A stretch of DNA of 64,000 nucleotides from Octopus vulgaris (GCA_951406725.2 OX597831.1:6448001-6512000); one strand, 5' to 3'; shown: positions 1 through 11,754, counted from the stretch's first letter. The notes: generated by a model from the sequence alone, not told the origin. Numbers and translations are program-made.

Positions 1-590
1 GCGTACCTTTCCTTCTTTGGACACTAAAACTCTGCTTGCAAAGACCTGTTGAGGCAAGTGAAATCAAAAATCAAAATCAAATTCGATGACTGGCGTCCAT
101 GCTAGCGGGGTGCAAAGAGCACCATACGAGTGCGATCATTGACAGAGCGGCTAACCGGCTTCCGTGCCAGTGGCACTTAAACGGCACCATTCGAGCGTGA
201 TAATTGCCAGCATTGCACTACTACGCCCCGTGCTAGTAGGGTATTAAGAGCACCATCCGAGCGTGATCGTTACCAGAGCGGCTATCTGGCCTCCGTGCCA
301 GTGGCACTTAAAAGGCACCATTCAAGCGTGATCATTACCAGCGTCGCATTACTGGCACTCGAGCCCCGTGCTAGTAGGGTATTAAGAGCACCATCCGAGC
401 GTGATCGTTGCCAGAGCAGCTATCTGGCCTCCATGCCGGTGGCAGGTAAAAAACACCATTCGAGCATGATCGTTACCAGCATTGCCTTACTGGCACCCAC
501 ACCGGTGGCATGTGTAAAAAGATTCGAGCGAGGTCATTGCCAGAGCCACCGGGAAAGCAGACCTTAAACGATGATGATGATGATGATGAT
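1..590 (+). mobile_element. RTE-clade LINE family 1, 3'UTR fragment with tandem ~135-bp subunits and (GAT)n tail
   Basis: Near-identical to 16685-17290, which follows an RTE ORF C-terminus. Ends ttaaacgatgatgatg. Confidence 0.8.
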
Positions 591-599
591 GGTCAGATT

Positions 600-915
600 T
601 CACATCCAACCAACAACTTTGGTATATGTCCTGTCACTTGTATAAATTGGGAATGACGACTCAGGCTGACTGGTCATGTTGCTTGATTTTCCAAATTACA
701 CCATGCTTACCATTTTCTCTTCACTGAGAATCCTTCTGGGTTGCTGGCTCGTGTTGGTCAACCATATATGGTCACAGCAGATGAGGAGGAGGCATCTTGT
801 GGAGATGGGCAATCACTGACATTCTGTTGGTTGGAGTCAGCTGCAAGGATCTGCAAATATACCGACAAATGGTGAATGTGCTGCAGCAATGCAAGCCCCC
901 ACACCTAAATTGACA
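600..915 (+). mobile_element. Decayed RTE-clade LINE ORF C-terminus (separate lineage, family 3)
   Basis: Reads PVTCINWE*RLRLTGHVA*FS..ENPSG..GQP..RHLVEMG..YRQMVN with stops and frameshifts. Resembles the RLRxxGHVAR...GRP tail of RTE proteins. Confidence 0.55.
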
Positions 916-1215
916 CTCCTCCCTCGCCCAACACTTTGTATTTAAGACTACTTCCATTATGAAATACAGCATCAGGAGCTGTGGACTCAGTAAAACCTGT
1001 TGCAGTATTTCTAATTAGGGTTATTTCATCTATTAATTAGTCTGGTATAATTTGTCTCCAATAAACTTTATGCTAAGGAGACAAATTGGCAGAACCTTTG
1101 GACGACTTTTGGTTGAAATATTTGGCTGAGGTTTGATTCAAGTCTCAGCAAGTTCAGTTTTGTCTGTCATTCTTGAATAAAATACCAATCCAGTCAACAA
1201 CCGCTGCTAACGATC

Positions 1216-1410
1216 CTTTCTCTCTCCTTCTATCTCTCCCTCCCTCAACCCCTCTCTCCCTTCTCCCTCATTTCTCTCTCTTTCTATCTCTCCCTCTCTC
1301 CCTCCCTCCCTCCCTCCCTCTCTCTCCCCTTCTCCCTCATTTCTCTCTCCCTCTCTCTCCCTCCCCCTCTCTCCCTTCTCTCTCTCTCTCTCTCTCTCTC
1401 CACCTCTCTC
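1216..1410. repeat. Polypyrimidine (CT/CCCT) low-complexity tract
   Basis: About 190 nt of almost pure C/T. Confidence 0.9.
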
Positions 1411-3279
1411 TGAATTGTGTTGTAATTCAAATGTCAAGGCTTGCCACTTTCTGTCTGTGTTTCCCTGATTCAACCTGATTCAAGCTGCTATGTCGAGGGT
1501 AGAAGACATGTCTGTCTGTGTAAAATTCTAAGCCTTTTTAGCCATTCAGTTCGCACAAAGAGGAATTCATTCGGCTCAGCAATTGGAACCTTATTGGGGG
1601 TGACTGATTGCAAATCCATCAAATGCTTTTGGTACAAGACTGCTTCCTTACTTTATTTACTGAAAGGAGGAAAAGTTGACCCCGGCTGGGATCAGAACTG
1701 TTATCAGGATATTCTAATGATTCAAACAATCAGCAACAACCCTCTCTGTTCTGGTTTCAAATCCTGCTGAGATTAATCTTATTTTCCATCCCCACAATGG
1801 GGCAGAATATAAAGAAAGACCAGCCAAGTACTCTCCAACCATATTTGAGGTTAATGCCCTTCATTAGTAATTAATACTTGTATTTATTAATTAATTATCT
1901 AAACATGATGAAAACATGGACAGCTATTTAAAACTCTTGAAGCAAACCTCATTTAGCAATAAATCTGCTCCTTGAAAGATGTTTAAAAGATAATTACTTC
2001 AAATCTTAATTAAAGCAGTCTATATTGGTTGTTAATGCCTTAGAAAAAGGAATGAATGCCACAGCTTCCCTTTTTTTTTTTTCTCTATAATATATATTGT
2101 GGATTCAGTTAACCACATTATTTTAGTGACAGAACAATATTTTTTTTTCTTTTTGGTAATCCAAACGATGATGATGATGATGATTGAATGCATATCAAAG
2201 AGAGGGAGAGTGAGAGGGAGACCAATTCAGCCAGAACATATCCCAAGGTTCAGGATTCCAAAAAGGGACCCTGTGAAATTCTAAGGGTAGTTGGGAGTAG
2301 ACCCCCTCTCTTTCAGGTAGAGCCATTAGGGTGCTTTGTTCTGTGGCAAGTTACATTGAAGCTGAATAATTTGATTTTTTTCAATTTTAGAAAAACCATA
2401 GCTGCCACAAAAAAAAAAAACCATTTTCTTTTCTGTTACTCTTGAACTTTGTTACATTTTATAAAAAGCCTAACCCTAATCACATACGATGATTAGAAAT
2501 ATTGATGATTAGACATTATCGTCTGGCTGAGCAAGCAAGGGAGACAACCGTGAATATTTGTCCAACTTCAATCACATTCCTGAAGATAAAAATCCATTTG
2601 TTTTCTTTTTTAAGCAACCAGTAAAACATAAATTTATCGGTTTGAAAATGGCTACGTGAAGCTTGAAACTCTTATCAGAGCAACTCAATGTAAACACTAT
2701 TATTAAAATTAAAATTAAAAATTGTCCCCTCAAAAAAACCACCTCTACTCATTCTTTCAAATATATATACAATACTGTACCAAGAACTTTCTCTTTACTA
2801 TTCTACTACATGTATTATATGTAAGTATATATGTATTGTGACTTTGTGCCTGAGTTTGTCCCCGCCTCCCACCGCTTGGCAACTGGTGTTGCTGTGTTTA
2901 TGTTCACATAACTTAGCGGCTCAGTAAAAGAGGTCAATAAAAAGTACCAGGCATAAAAAACATACTGGGATCATATGACTGGCTTACCCGGTTAATATGT
3001 ATTACTAACATTGGTATAAAACCAAAAACTTTGTAGGGAGAGGAGAAATATTGCTCTGAAATGCTAGCAAGTAAGCAAAACCTAACGGCCACTTCACATT
3101 GTTTTAATGTTCACTAGCAACGCCTCACCTTTGCTCCTATTAACAGTGTTATCTTGGTCATTATTGAAGAGTTAGGATTATAATATGAAAGATATCAGGG
3201 ATATCTGAGGAAAAGGTCATTTAGTGCTTCAAGACTAAGAAATGTCATACAGGTAATGGTATTCACACCACACACATAA

Positions 3280-3684
3280 GGCGGCGAGCTGGCAGAAACG
3301 TTAGCACGCCAGGCGAAATGCGTAGCCGTATTTCGTCTGCCGTTACGTTCTGAGTTCAAATTCCGCCGAGGTCGACTTTGCCTTTCATCCTTTTGTGGTC
3401 GATAAATTAAGTACCAGTTACACACTGGGGTCGATGTAATCAACTTAATCCGTTTGTCTGTCCCCTCTGTGTTTAGCCCCTTGTGGGTAGTAAAGAAATA
3501 GGTATTTCGGCTGCCGTTACGTTCTGAGTTCAAATTCCGCCGAGGTCAATTTTGCCTTTCATCCTTTTGGGGGTCGATAAATTAAGTACCAGTTACACAC
3601 TGGGGTCTATGTAATCGGCTAAATCCCTTTGTCTGTCCTTGTTTGTCCCCTCTGTGTTTAGCCCCTCGTGGGTAGTAAAGAAAT
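3280..3684 (+). mobile_element. tRNA-derived SINE family B (Meta/MESC-like central domain), head plus tandem second unit
   Basis: ggcggcgagctggcagaaacgttagc head, B-box gagttcaaattcc, central gtcgactttgcctttcatcc..gtcgataaattaagtaccag. The unit repeats from 3502. Confidence 0.85.
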
Positions 3685-4001
3685 ATATATAATATTACCT
3701 TCTTGTTTCTTTCGGTCTTTTCGATGTGTTACAAGAAAAGTTTTCACTTGGAGAAATATAGGGAGAGAAAGGGAGAGGATGGTGAGAAAAGAGAGAAAGG
3801 AAAGAAGAAAGAAGGAGAAAGAAATGAATGAAAAGGGAATAGTTGAATCAATGAAGAAATACAAAAGATAGGGAGAGAGAGAGAGTGAAGGGGAGGTAGA
3901 TATTATTTTGCCTTTGTCTGATATAAATGCAGGCACGATTAAAATGTTGAACATGATCAAGCGACGTCATGGAGATCTATAAATTTATGCTTTCAAAGAG
4001 A

Positions 4002-4170
4002 GTGCAGGAGTGGCTGTGTGGTAAGTAGCTTGCTAACCAACCACATGGTTCCGGGTTCAGTCCCACTGTGTGGCATCTTGGGCAAGTGTCTTCTGCTATA
4101 GCCCCGGGCCGACCAATGCCTTGTGAGTGGATTTGGTAGACGGAAACTGAAAGAAGCCTGTCGTATATAT

Positions 4171-4204
<34 letters not shown>

Positions 4205-4430
4205 ATGTGTGTGTGTGTTTGTGTGTCTGTGTTTGTCCCCCTAGCATTGCTTGACAACCGATGCTGGTGTGTGTTTACGTCCCCGTAACTTAGTGGTTCG
4301 GCAAAAGAGACCAATAGAATAAGTACTGGGCTTACAAAGAATAAGTCCCGGGGTCGATTTGCTCGACTAAAGGCGGTGCTCCAGCATGGCCGCAGTCAAA
4401 TGACTGAAACAAATAAAAGAGTAAAGAGAG
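4002..4430 (+). mobile_element. tRNA-derived SINE family A (CORE-like domain, internal TA/TG microsatellite), full length
   Basis: A-box tggctgtgtgg, B-box ggttcagtccc, cttgggcaagt CORE-like start, tail cagtcaaatgactgaaacaa. aaagagag flanks both ends. Multiple copies in the window. Confidence 0.85.
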
Positions 4431-4875
4431 ACATTAATGGATAGTTAAATTAAAAGTGAAATTAACTTCGTAAGTGGAACTTACACTTTTTTTATGGGTT
4501 CCAGACCAAAACCTGTGGTCATGCTGGGACAATGGTGTTATTAATTTCTGCTTTTTTTTCTCCTTTTTCTTCTTTGGTTATTAGGTTCAAATGCTGATCA
4601 GGGATAGACACATTGGCAGAAGGGAAAGAAGATATGACAACCAGGCAGGCAAGTCGGTTGGTAGGTGAGCCTACTAATGTATCAAAAGATATGTAAATAG
4701 AGAGATATATTAATAGATATACAAAGAGAAGACAGACCACTGAACTGAAGTGAAATGAAAAGAAATATAATTATTCTCTGTTAGTACCAATTTGGACTGA
4801 GCCTAGTTGGTGGTTGGACAGCAAACAGTCTAGTTTATTCAGATATTTTAATTTTTTTTAATTCCCTCACTTAAT

Positions 4876-5171
4876 GCATGGCAGATGCCTGCAACGCCTG
4901 ACTGGTGTCTGTGTCAGTGACACGTAAAAAGCACCAACCTATCGTGGCCGTTTGCCAGCCTGCTCTGGGCCCCTGTGTCGGTGACACGTAAAAAACACCC
5001 ACTACACTCACGGAGTGGTTGGCATTAGGAAGGGCATCCAGCTGTAGAAACACTGCCTAATCAGACTGGAGCCTGGTGTAGCCTCCATGGCTTACCAGAC
5101 CCAGGTCGAACCGTCCAACCCATGCTAGCAAAGAAAACGGACGTTAAATGATGATGATGATGATGATGATG
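4876..5171 (+). mobile_element. RTE family 1, 5'-truncated 3' end
   Basis: ggaagggcatccagctgtagaaac module, (GAT)n tail, flanking aatgcatg direct repeat. Confidence 0.8.
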
Positions 5172-5329
5172 AATGCATGTGCTTTAATGCAATTAATTAC
5201 TGTCTGTTTGATTTAAACATTTGTTTCTCAAATATGGACAATGAGAAAGAATGGAAGAGAATATTTTTCAAAAAATGAACGTGTACTACATGTAGGATGT
5301 GTCAGCCTCCACAATAATTACAGTGAAAC

Positions 5330-5945
5330 TACGTCAATAACAGATGCATCATGCCAACAACCACCTTGAGCACCTTTTCGAGCTCCATGTGTCTAACACA
5401 TGTGGGCAGGCCTGCAAAGTCAGAAAACAGCACAGCTCTCATGACTTTCAGAAACATATTTTTCACACTCAGAGTTACTGAAGCATGGAACAAACTACCT
5501 GCATCACTTGTTAGTTGCCGAGACATTGCATCCTTTAAAACCTCCATGCTTCCTGAAATTCACCAACACTAAACCTGATATCCCGACCTCCATACACATG
5601 CACACATGTATATCTGTTTCTTTATTACCCACAAGGGGCTAAACATAGAGGGGACAAACAAGGACAGACAAAGGGATTAAGTCGATTACATCGACCCCAG
5701 TGCGTAACTGGTACTTAATTTATCGACCCCGAAAGGATGAAAGGCAAAGTTGACCTCGGCGGAATTTGAACTCAGAACGTAACGGCAGACGAAATACGGC
5801 GACGCATTTCGCCCGGCGTGCTAACGATTCTGCCAACTCACCGCATGCACACATGTATATCATGACTCATACACTGTTCACTTTCCTGACTTTCGTACAT
5901 AATTCTATGGACTGTACATTGCACCTTTGATGAGTTGTAGTACAC
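5330..5945 (+). mobile_element. CR1/L2-group LINE 3' end, interrupted by a SINE
   Basis: ORF 5351..5572 ends FFTLRVTEAWNKLPASLVSCRDIASFK, the FFxxRVxxxWNxLP...FK C-terminal motif of CR1/L2-group ORF2. Outer boundaries are approximate. Confidence 0.65.
5615..5844 (-). mobile_element. SINE family B, full length, 17-bp target-site duplication
   Basis: atgcacacatgtatatc at 5598-5614 and 5845-5861. Confidence 0.9.
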
Positions 5946-6092
5946 CACTACAAGAGCAGCTTGGGGGGTGAGGAAGATGAATCAATTACATCAACCCCAG
6001 TGTTCAAATGCTATTTATCTTATCAACCCCGAAAGGATGAAAGGCAAAGTGGTCAATTTTGCCTTTCACCCTTTCAGAGTTGATAAATACCA

Positions 6093-6322
6093 GTTTCTTT
6101 ATTACCCACAAGGGGCTAAACATAGAGGGGACAAACAAGGACAGACAAACGGATTAAGTCGATTACATCGACCCCAGTGTGTAACTGGTGCTTAATTTAT
6201 CGACCCCGAAAAGATGAAAGGCAAAGTCGACCTCGGCGGAATTTGAACTCAGAACGGAGCGGCAGACGAAATACTGCTAAGCATTTCGCCCAATGTGCTA
6301 ACGTTTCTGCCAGCTGGCCGCC
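6093..6322 (-). mobile_element. SINE family B, full length, 21-bp TSD, nested in older family B fragments
   Basis: tttcagagttgataaatacca at 6072-6092 and 6323-6343. Confidence 0.9.
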
Positions 6323-6739
6323 TTTCAGAGTTGATAAATACCAATTGAACCCTGGGGTTGATGTAACCGACTCCTCCCCCCCCCCCCCCCTTGTGGCATA
6401 AATTTGAAATAATAATTATCATGAATGTGCTTCCTAATAGCTCCAAATGACTGCAACCTTCAATTTATTTCAGAACGAGTTCAGTTCCCTGTAAGGCTGC
6501 CCTACTCTCTGATGACAAATATGCCACAGGGACAGGCATTTAACAAAATTGTAAATAACAAACATTTAATCAATATACATAGGTTTTGTTTTTAATTCAT
6601 CTTTTTATTTCCTTAAACTATAAATCACATGTCTGTCCAACGTATTACAATACCATATTAAATGGTAGATTATCAAAAGAATTTTTTGAAACTCCTTGCT
6701 TGTGTTTAATGTAATGTTTTCAAAGGTGCTGACTTACAC

Positions 6740-6967
6740 CATGGTATTTCCATGGGCCCCGGAATTGCTGTACTTGAGAAGACATGTCAAGCTAAGAACA
6801 ATCATGGCCATCCATCATGGAATTTCCATGGGCCCCGGAATTGCTGTACTTGAGAAGACATGTCAAGCTAAGAACAATCATGGCCATCCATCATGGAATT
6901 TCCATGGGCCCCGGAATTGCTGTACTTGAGAAGACATGTCAAGCTAAGAACAATCATGGCCATCCAT
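6740..6967 (+). repeat. 76-bp tandem repeat, 3 copies
   Basis: Units start at 6740, 6816 and 6892 and are nearly identical. The unit includes the RTE-derived tgctgtacttgagaagacatgtcaagc. Confidence 0.95.
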
Positions 6968-7245
6968 ACATACAGATATGTCTCTTTATGGCCATGCCCC
7001 TCCCCCCGAACCCCACTTCATCTCCTAGCTGAAAGGTCTTTTGTCTTGCAGGTGCCAGGGTCACATAGAATGCACTCCTGCTACCAGCATGTAGAATTAC
7101 CTGTGCCAGTGCCGCATAAAAAGCACTCAGTTCACTCTGTAAAGTGGCTGACATTCAGAAGAGCATCCAGCTGTAGAAACCATGGCAACATGGGAAATGG
7201 ATGTTGAACAATGCTGATGAATTTTTTTAACAAAAATTAACAATA

Positions 7246-7663
7246 GGCGCAGGAGTGGCTGTGTGGTAAGTAGCTTGCTAACCAACCACATGGTTCCGGG
7301 TTCAGTCCCACTGCGTGGCATCTTGGGCAAGTGTCTTCTGCTATAGCCCCGGGCCGACCAATGCCTTGTGAGTGGATTTGGTAGACGGAAACTGAAAGAA
7401 GCCTGTCATATATATGCATATATATATGTATGTGTGTTTGTTTGTGTGTCTGTGTTTGTCCCCCTAGCATTGCTTGACAACCAATGCTGGTGTGTTTATG
7501 TCCCCGTAACTTAGCGGTTTGGCAAAAGAGACCGATAGAATAAGTACTGGGCTTACAAAAAGAATAAGTCCCGATAAGTCCCGGGGTTGAGTTGCTTGAT
7601 TAAAGGCGGTGCTCCAGCATGGCCGCAGTCAAATGACTGAAACAAGTAAAAGAGTAAAGAGTA
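7246..7663 (+). mobile_element. SINE family A, full length
   Basis: Colinear with 4002-4430. Confidence 0.85.
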
Positions 7664-8187
7664 ATATTGGTCGATGGTTAGTGGTTTATTTCAAAGAATT
7701 AGGAACCCTCCCTCAGGAAAAAGTGTTAATATCTGACATCTCTGCTCTGTAGAGTAGATAAGTCAGATATCAGCTCCTCTTCTCCTTAGATTTCCAGAAG
7801 AAGGGGTCTTAACCCCGAAATATCGAAATACCCAGAAATAGTACTAACCATCAAACTGCAATGCTGTATCTTAGGCTTTAAAAAATATCCAATTCTTTTA
7901 GAGAGAGATGTGGTATAGATAAGGGGTTTCGTTATAGGCACAAGACCAGTGACTTTGAGGGGAGGGGGACAGTTGTTTTCAGTGACTCCAATAATTGAGT
8001 TGTACTTTATTTTATTGACTCCAAACAGTTGAAAGGTGAAGTTGACTTCATGGAGATTAGAATTCAGGTGAACATCCAAAAGAAATATTTGCCTGGCATT
8101 TTGTGGCTGATGCTTTGAGAATTCTGACAATTTGTCACCTTAAAACACAACTTTAATGGATATATTGGTTTCATTATCAAGATTTAA

Positions 8188-8409
8188 CCCTTTCGTGACT
8201 GGATTTATTTTGAGATGCTCTGTGTTTCTTTCAATTACTTTAAATATAACAAAGAATTTAGTAAATTAAATTTATCTATCATTCGGCTAGTGTTAGGAAC
8301 ATAAATTCTGACTAAGGTTTGGTGGAAGATTTTAATTCAAAACTTATGAAAACAAGACATTTGTACTACAGAGCCAGATCCGGTTTCAGCCGGGTTGGTA
8401 TCAAAAGGG
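8188..8409. mobile_element. piggyBac-type MITE
   Basis: TTAA|CCCTTT...AAAGGG|TTAA. Internal sequence shared with the copies at 25855 and 43184. Confidence 0.85.
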
Positions 8410-8682
8410 TTAAACAAACAACCAACATAGAAAAAAACTGAACTGCTTTTAGTGAGTTTTTCTTTGATGCCAGGTCAGTTCTAAATGTGTGGACCTTTGA
8501 GCAAAACCATTCCAACACTGATCACTTTCTTTTGTTCTTTAAGACTGCTGGGTGGGATTTTACTTCTATTTCTAACAAATCGAGTTACCACATAAAAGCT
8601 CCTACATTGACTTTATCGAGACTGTTCACATCTGATAACAATATGAATCGAAATATTGTGCAGAGTAATGTAAGGGAGCAGA

Positions 8683-8803
8683 GGGGATGTTGGGACAATC
8701 ATACAGCTTTTAGGACATTAAGGGGCATAGTATTACAATCATTTCTTTGGACATTAAAGGGGATTTCGTGACAATCATACATTCCTTAGAACATTAAAGG
8801 GGA
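8683..8803 (+). repeat. Degenerate ~40-bp tandem repeat, 3 copies
   Basis: acaatcat...acattaa(a)gggg recurs three times. Confidence 0.7.
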
Positions 8804-8805
8804 AA

Positions 8806-9170
8806 TCATCATCATCATCATCGTTTAACGTCCGTTTTCCATGCTAGCATGGGTTGGACGGTTCAACTGGGGTCTGAGAATCCTGTCGGCTGCACCAGGC
8901 TGATCTGGCAGTGTTTCTACAGCTGGATGCCCTTCCTAATGCCAACCACTCCGTGAGTGTAGTGGGTGCTTCTTACGTGCCAGACGAGGCTGGCAGCGGC
9001 TACGATCGGTTGGTGCTTTTTACGTGCCACCAGCATGGAGGCCAGTCGGGGCAGCACTGGCAACGGCCACGTTCGGATGGTTCTTTTACGTGCCACCGGC
9101 ACTGGTATCACAACTACAATTTACATTGATTTTTGATCGATTTCGATTTCACTTGCCTCAACAGGTCTTC
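8806..9170 (-). mobile_element. RTE family 1, 3' end
   Basis: (CAT)n tail followed by cgtttaacgtccgttttccatgctagc...ctacagctggatgcccttcc. Confidence 0.8.
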
Positions 9171-9705
9171 GATCACATCAGTTTTATTTAAACAACATCT
9201 GGTCTTTGACTCATCAAGAATCCAAGTCGGGAAGAGAAGCAGTTCTTGCTGTAAAATTTGCTTTAGTACCACTAATCAAATCAACCCAGTGTTTGATAGG
9301 AATCTTTATTTAGCCCATAGATAGGAAATACAAAGCTAACTTCATTGAGTACTGTTTGTACTCAGACTCATAAAGGGCTGTCAAATACCAGGTCCTCTGT
9401 CTGACAGAAGTTGTAAAATTTCTGCTAATCCACTCTGTTTTATCAAAATGAAGGTTTAAAGAATTCAGAAGAAATCATCCAACAATTGGGATGTTATCCA
9501 CCACCACGATAACACACACAAACTTTTTTGGTATTCAGCACAATAACATACACTTCTCTTTGAGAGGAGAAATATACCAGATTTACTCTTGCGTAAATGT
9601 GAGAATTTTACTAGATAAGAAAAACAAAAATGCATCAGGATTAAAATTTGGGGCTAGCACTATTAAAAGGTCAAAAAAAAAAAAAGATATGATAATATAC
9701 TGTAT

Positions 9706-9776
9706 ACTATAACCTCGGGCCGACCAAAGCCTTGTGAGTGGATTTGGTAGACAGAAACTGAAAGAAGCCCATCGTA

Positions 9777-9825
<49 letters not shown>

Positions 9826-10037
9826 GTTTGTGTCTGTCCCCCCAACATCGCTTGATAACCGATGCTGGTATGTTTGCGTCCCCGTAACTTAGCGGTTCAG
9901 CTAAAGAGGTCGATAGAATAAGTACTAGGTTTACAAAGAATAAGTCCGGGGGTCGATTTGCTCGACTAAAGGCGGTGCTCCAGCATGGCCACAGTCAAAT
10001 GACTGAAACAAGTAAAAGAATAGAAAAGAATAGAATA
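9706..10037 (+). mobile_element. SINE family A, 5'-truncated
   Basis: Matches the body and tail of 4002-4430. Confidence 0.8.
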
Positions 10038-10291
10038 TACAGGTGATTCTTAGCTCTGCAAAAAGGGTTTGCATTATATTTGAGATCAATTGTACTTTGG
10101 TAAACAAAGTCAATCCAATCAATAATTGATTGAATTTATTGTTTCAATGATGAAAGGTAAATGCAATCGTTAACTGAAATTAATGCAAATGGATGAACCG
10201 TGTGCTTCCACTGTCTTGTCCAATTCAAACAGCTCTCAGACATTACCCAAGGTTTTGTTTTGTGTATAAAAAAAAAAGTGCTTATCACTAA

Positions 10292-10654
10292 CTGTGCAGA
10301 ATCACCTCCCTCCAACAAGTCATCCTAACGAGACGTCTGTGTTGGCTGGGTCATGCCCTCCATCGTCAACCAGAATTCATCTACAAGGCAATTTCCCCAG
10401 CTCCCCTTCGGGGTTGGCGAAAGCGTCGTGGCGGACAACGAAACACCTGGCTGATGACGGTCAAGGCTGATCTGGAACCCAACTTAGGCCCCCATATCTA
10501 CGGCGTTCGCCGCTGGAATAAGAAGTGGCTGGAGATCACGCGGTCGTTAGCCTCAAATCGCCAGGCCTGGTCGGCGTTTGCGAGAGATGCAGCATTGAGG
10601 ATGGATGAAGCCAGCTCAACCCACCCCAGGTGAATGCTGTAAGAAGAAGAAGAA
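10292..10654 (+). mobile_element. RTE-clade LINE family 2, 5'-truncated, open ORF C-terminus and (AAG)n tail
   Basis: Open frame 10292-10633: LCRITSLQQVILTRRLCWLGHALHRQ...GWRKRRGGQRNTW...GPHIYGVRRWNKKW...NRQAWSAF...*. Followed by aagaagaagaagaa. Confidence 0.8.
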
Positions 10655-11192
10655 CATGTGGAAGAGGTAGACCCAAGAAGACATGAGACAAGATGGTGAA
10701 ACATGATCTTTGAATATTGGGCCTAATGGAGGTGATGACGGAGCGAGCGAGGCATTTGGTGAGAATATGCGGAGCTTGAGAAGACTTGTCAAACCAAGTG
10801 ACATCATTAGTCATGGCTGTTGCCAGGGTCAGGTGGACGGCACCCATGAAACTGTAATTGTGGCTGTTGCTGGTAGCATGAACTTTAAATGTCAGGTGTC
10901 ACACACACAATGACAAGCGACCGAGACTTTCAGTGATGTGCTGTGCCCGAGAAAACTCATCGAGCCAAGTGAAATTGTAATCGTGGCCATTTGCCAGTGT
11001 TGTGTAAATGGCACCCGTGCCGGTGGCAGGTAAAATGCACCCATTAGACTGAGTGGTTGGCATTAGAAAGGACATCCAGCTGTAGAATCCATGCCAAATC
11101 AAACTGGAACCTAGTGCAGCCCTCCGGCTTACCAGCTCCAAACCGTCTAACCCATGCCAGCATAGAAAGCAGGCATTTAATGACGATGATGA
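10655..11192 (+). mobile_element. RTE family 1, decayed ORF end plus 3'UTR
   Basis: CGRGRPKKT*DKMVKHDL*ILGL, then the conserved 3' module and GAT tail. Confidence 0.75.
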
Positions 11193-11574
11193 TTATATAC
11201 ATACATAAAAAAAAAGATAGCAAGGGAGGATTGTGGGTGTTTTGACTGCTATTTATAGGAGGTTAAGCAACCACATATAGGCCCCCATATAGACTTGCAT
11301 ATCTGGTCAATATTTGGGTGGGGAGAACATTGATCTCATAATTCTTAAAGAAAACCTATTTGCAGAAATACTCTGCAGAATAAAGAATATGTTTAGTCGA
11401 CAAAGTGTTTCAAAGAAAGAAACACTAATTCCTTGGATAATTTACTGCAGAAGAATGACAATTTCCTAGTTTCTTTCTTTTTCTTTTTTTGTTAATTTTT
11501 CTTTCATTAAAAAAGAAAAACAAAAAGGATTTTCGAAGTAAAAAAACAAACTGGAAGAGAGGATTTCAAGAATT

Positions 11575-11754
11575 GCCGATTGTTTAAAAGCACATTTTAT
11601 TTAGTCAAGCAGAAAATTAAAATCACAGGATAATTCAGTTTGGCTATAGTTGAGTGAATTTGGATGTATGTATAGAAATGCATGTGAGTGTGGCCACATG
11701 CATGCTTACATGTTATATAGAGTGGGAAAATATTTCTCTTTAATTTGTTATTTC

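Noticed and set aside
1173-1478. Leu/Ser/Pro-rich and Glu/Arg/Gly-rich ORFs
   Set aside because: These are translations of the CT tract on the two strands.
4002-4085. tRNA gene
   Set aside because: The A and B boxes belong to a SINE head that continues into a multi-copy body; there is no complete cloverleaf or terminator.
6740-6967. CRISPR-like regular repeats
   Set aside because: The units are contiguous with no unique spacers, the context is eukaryotic, and there are no cas genes.
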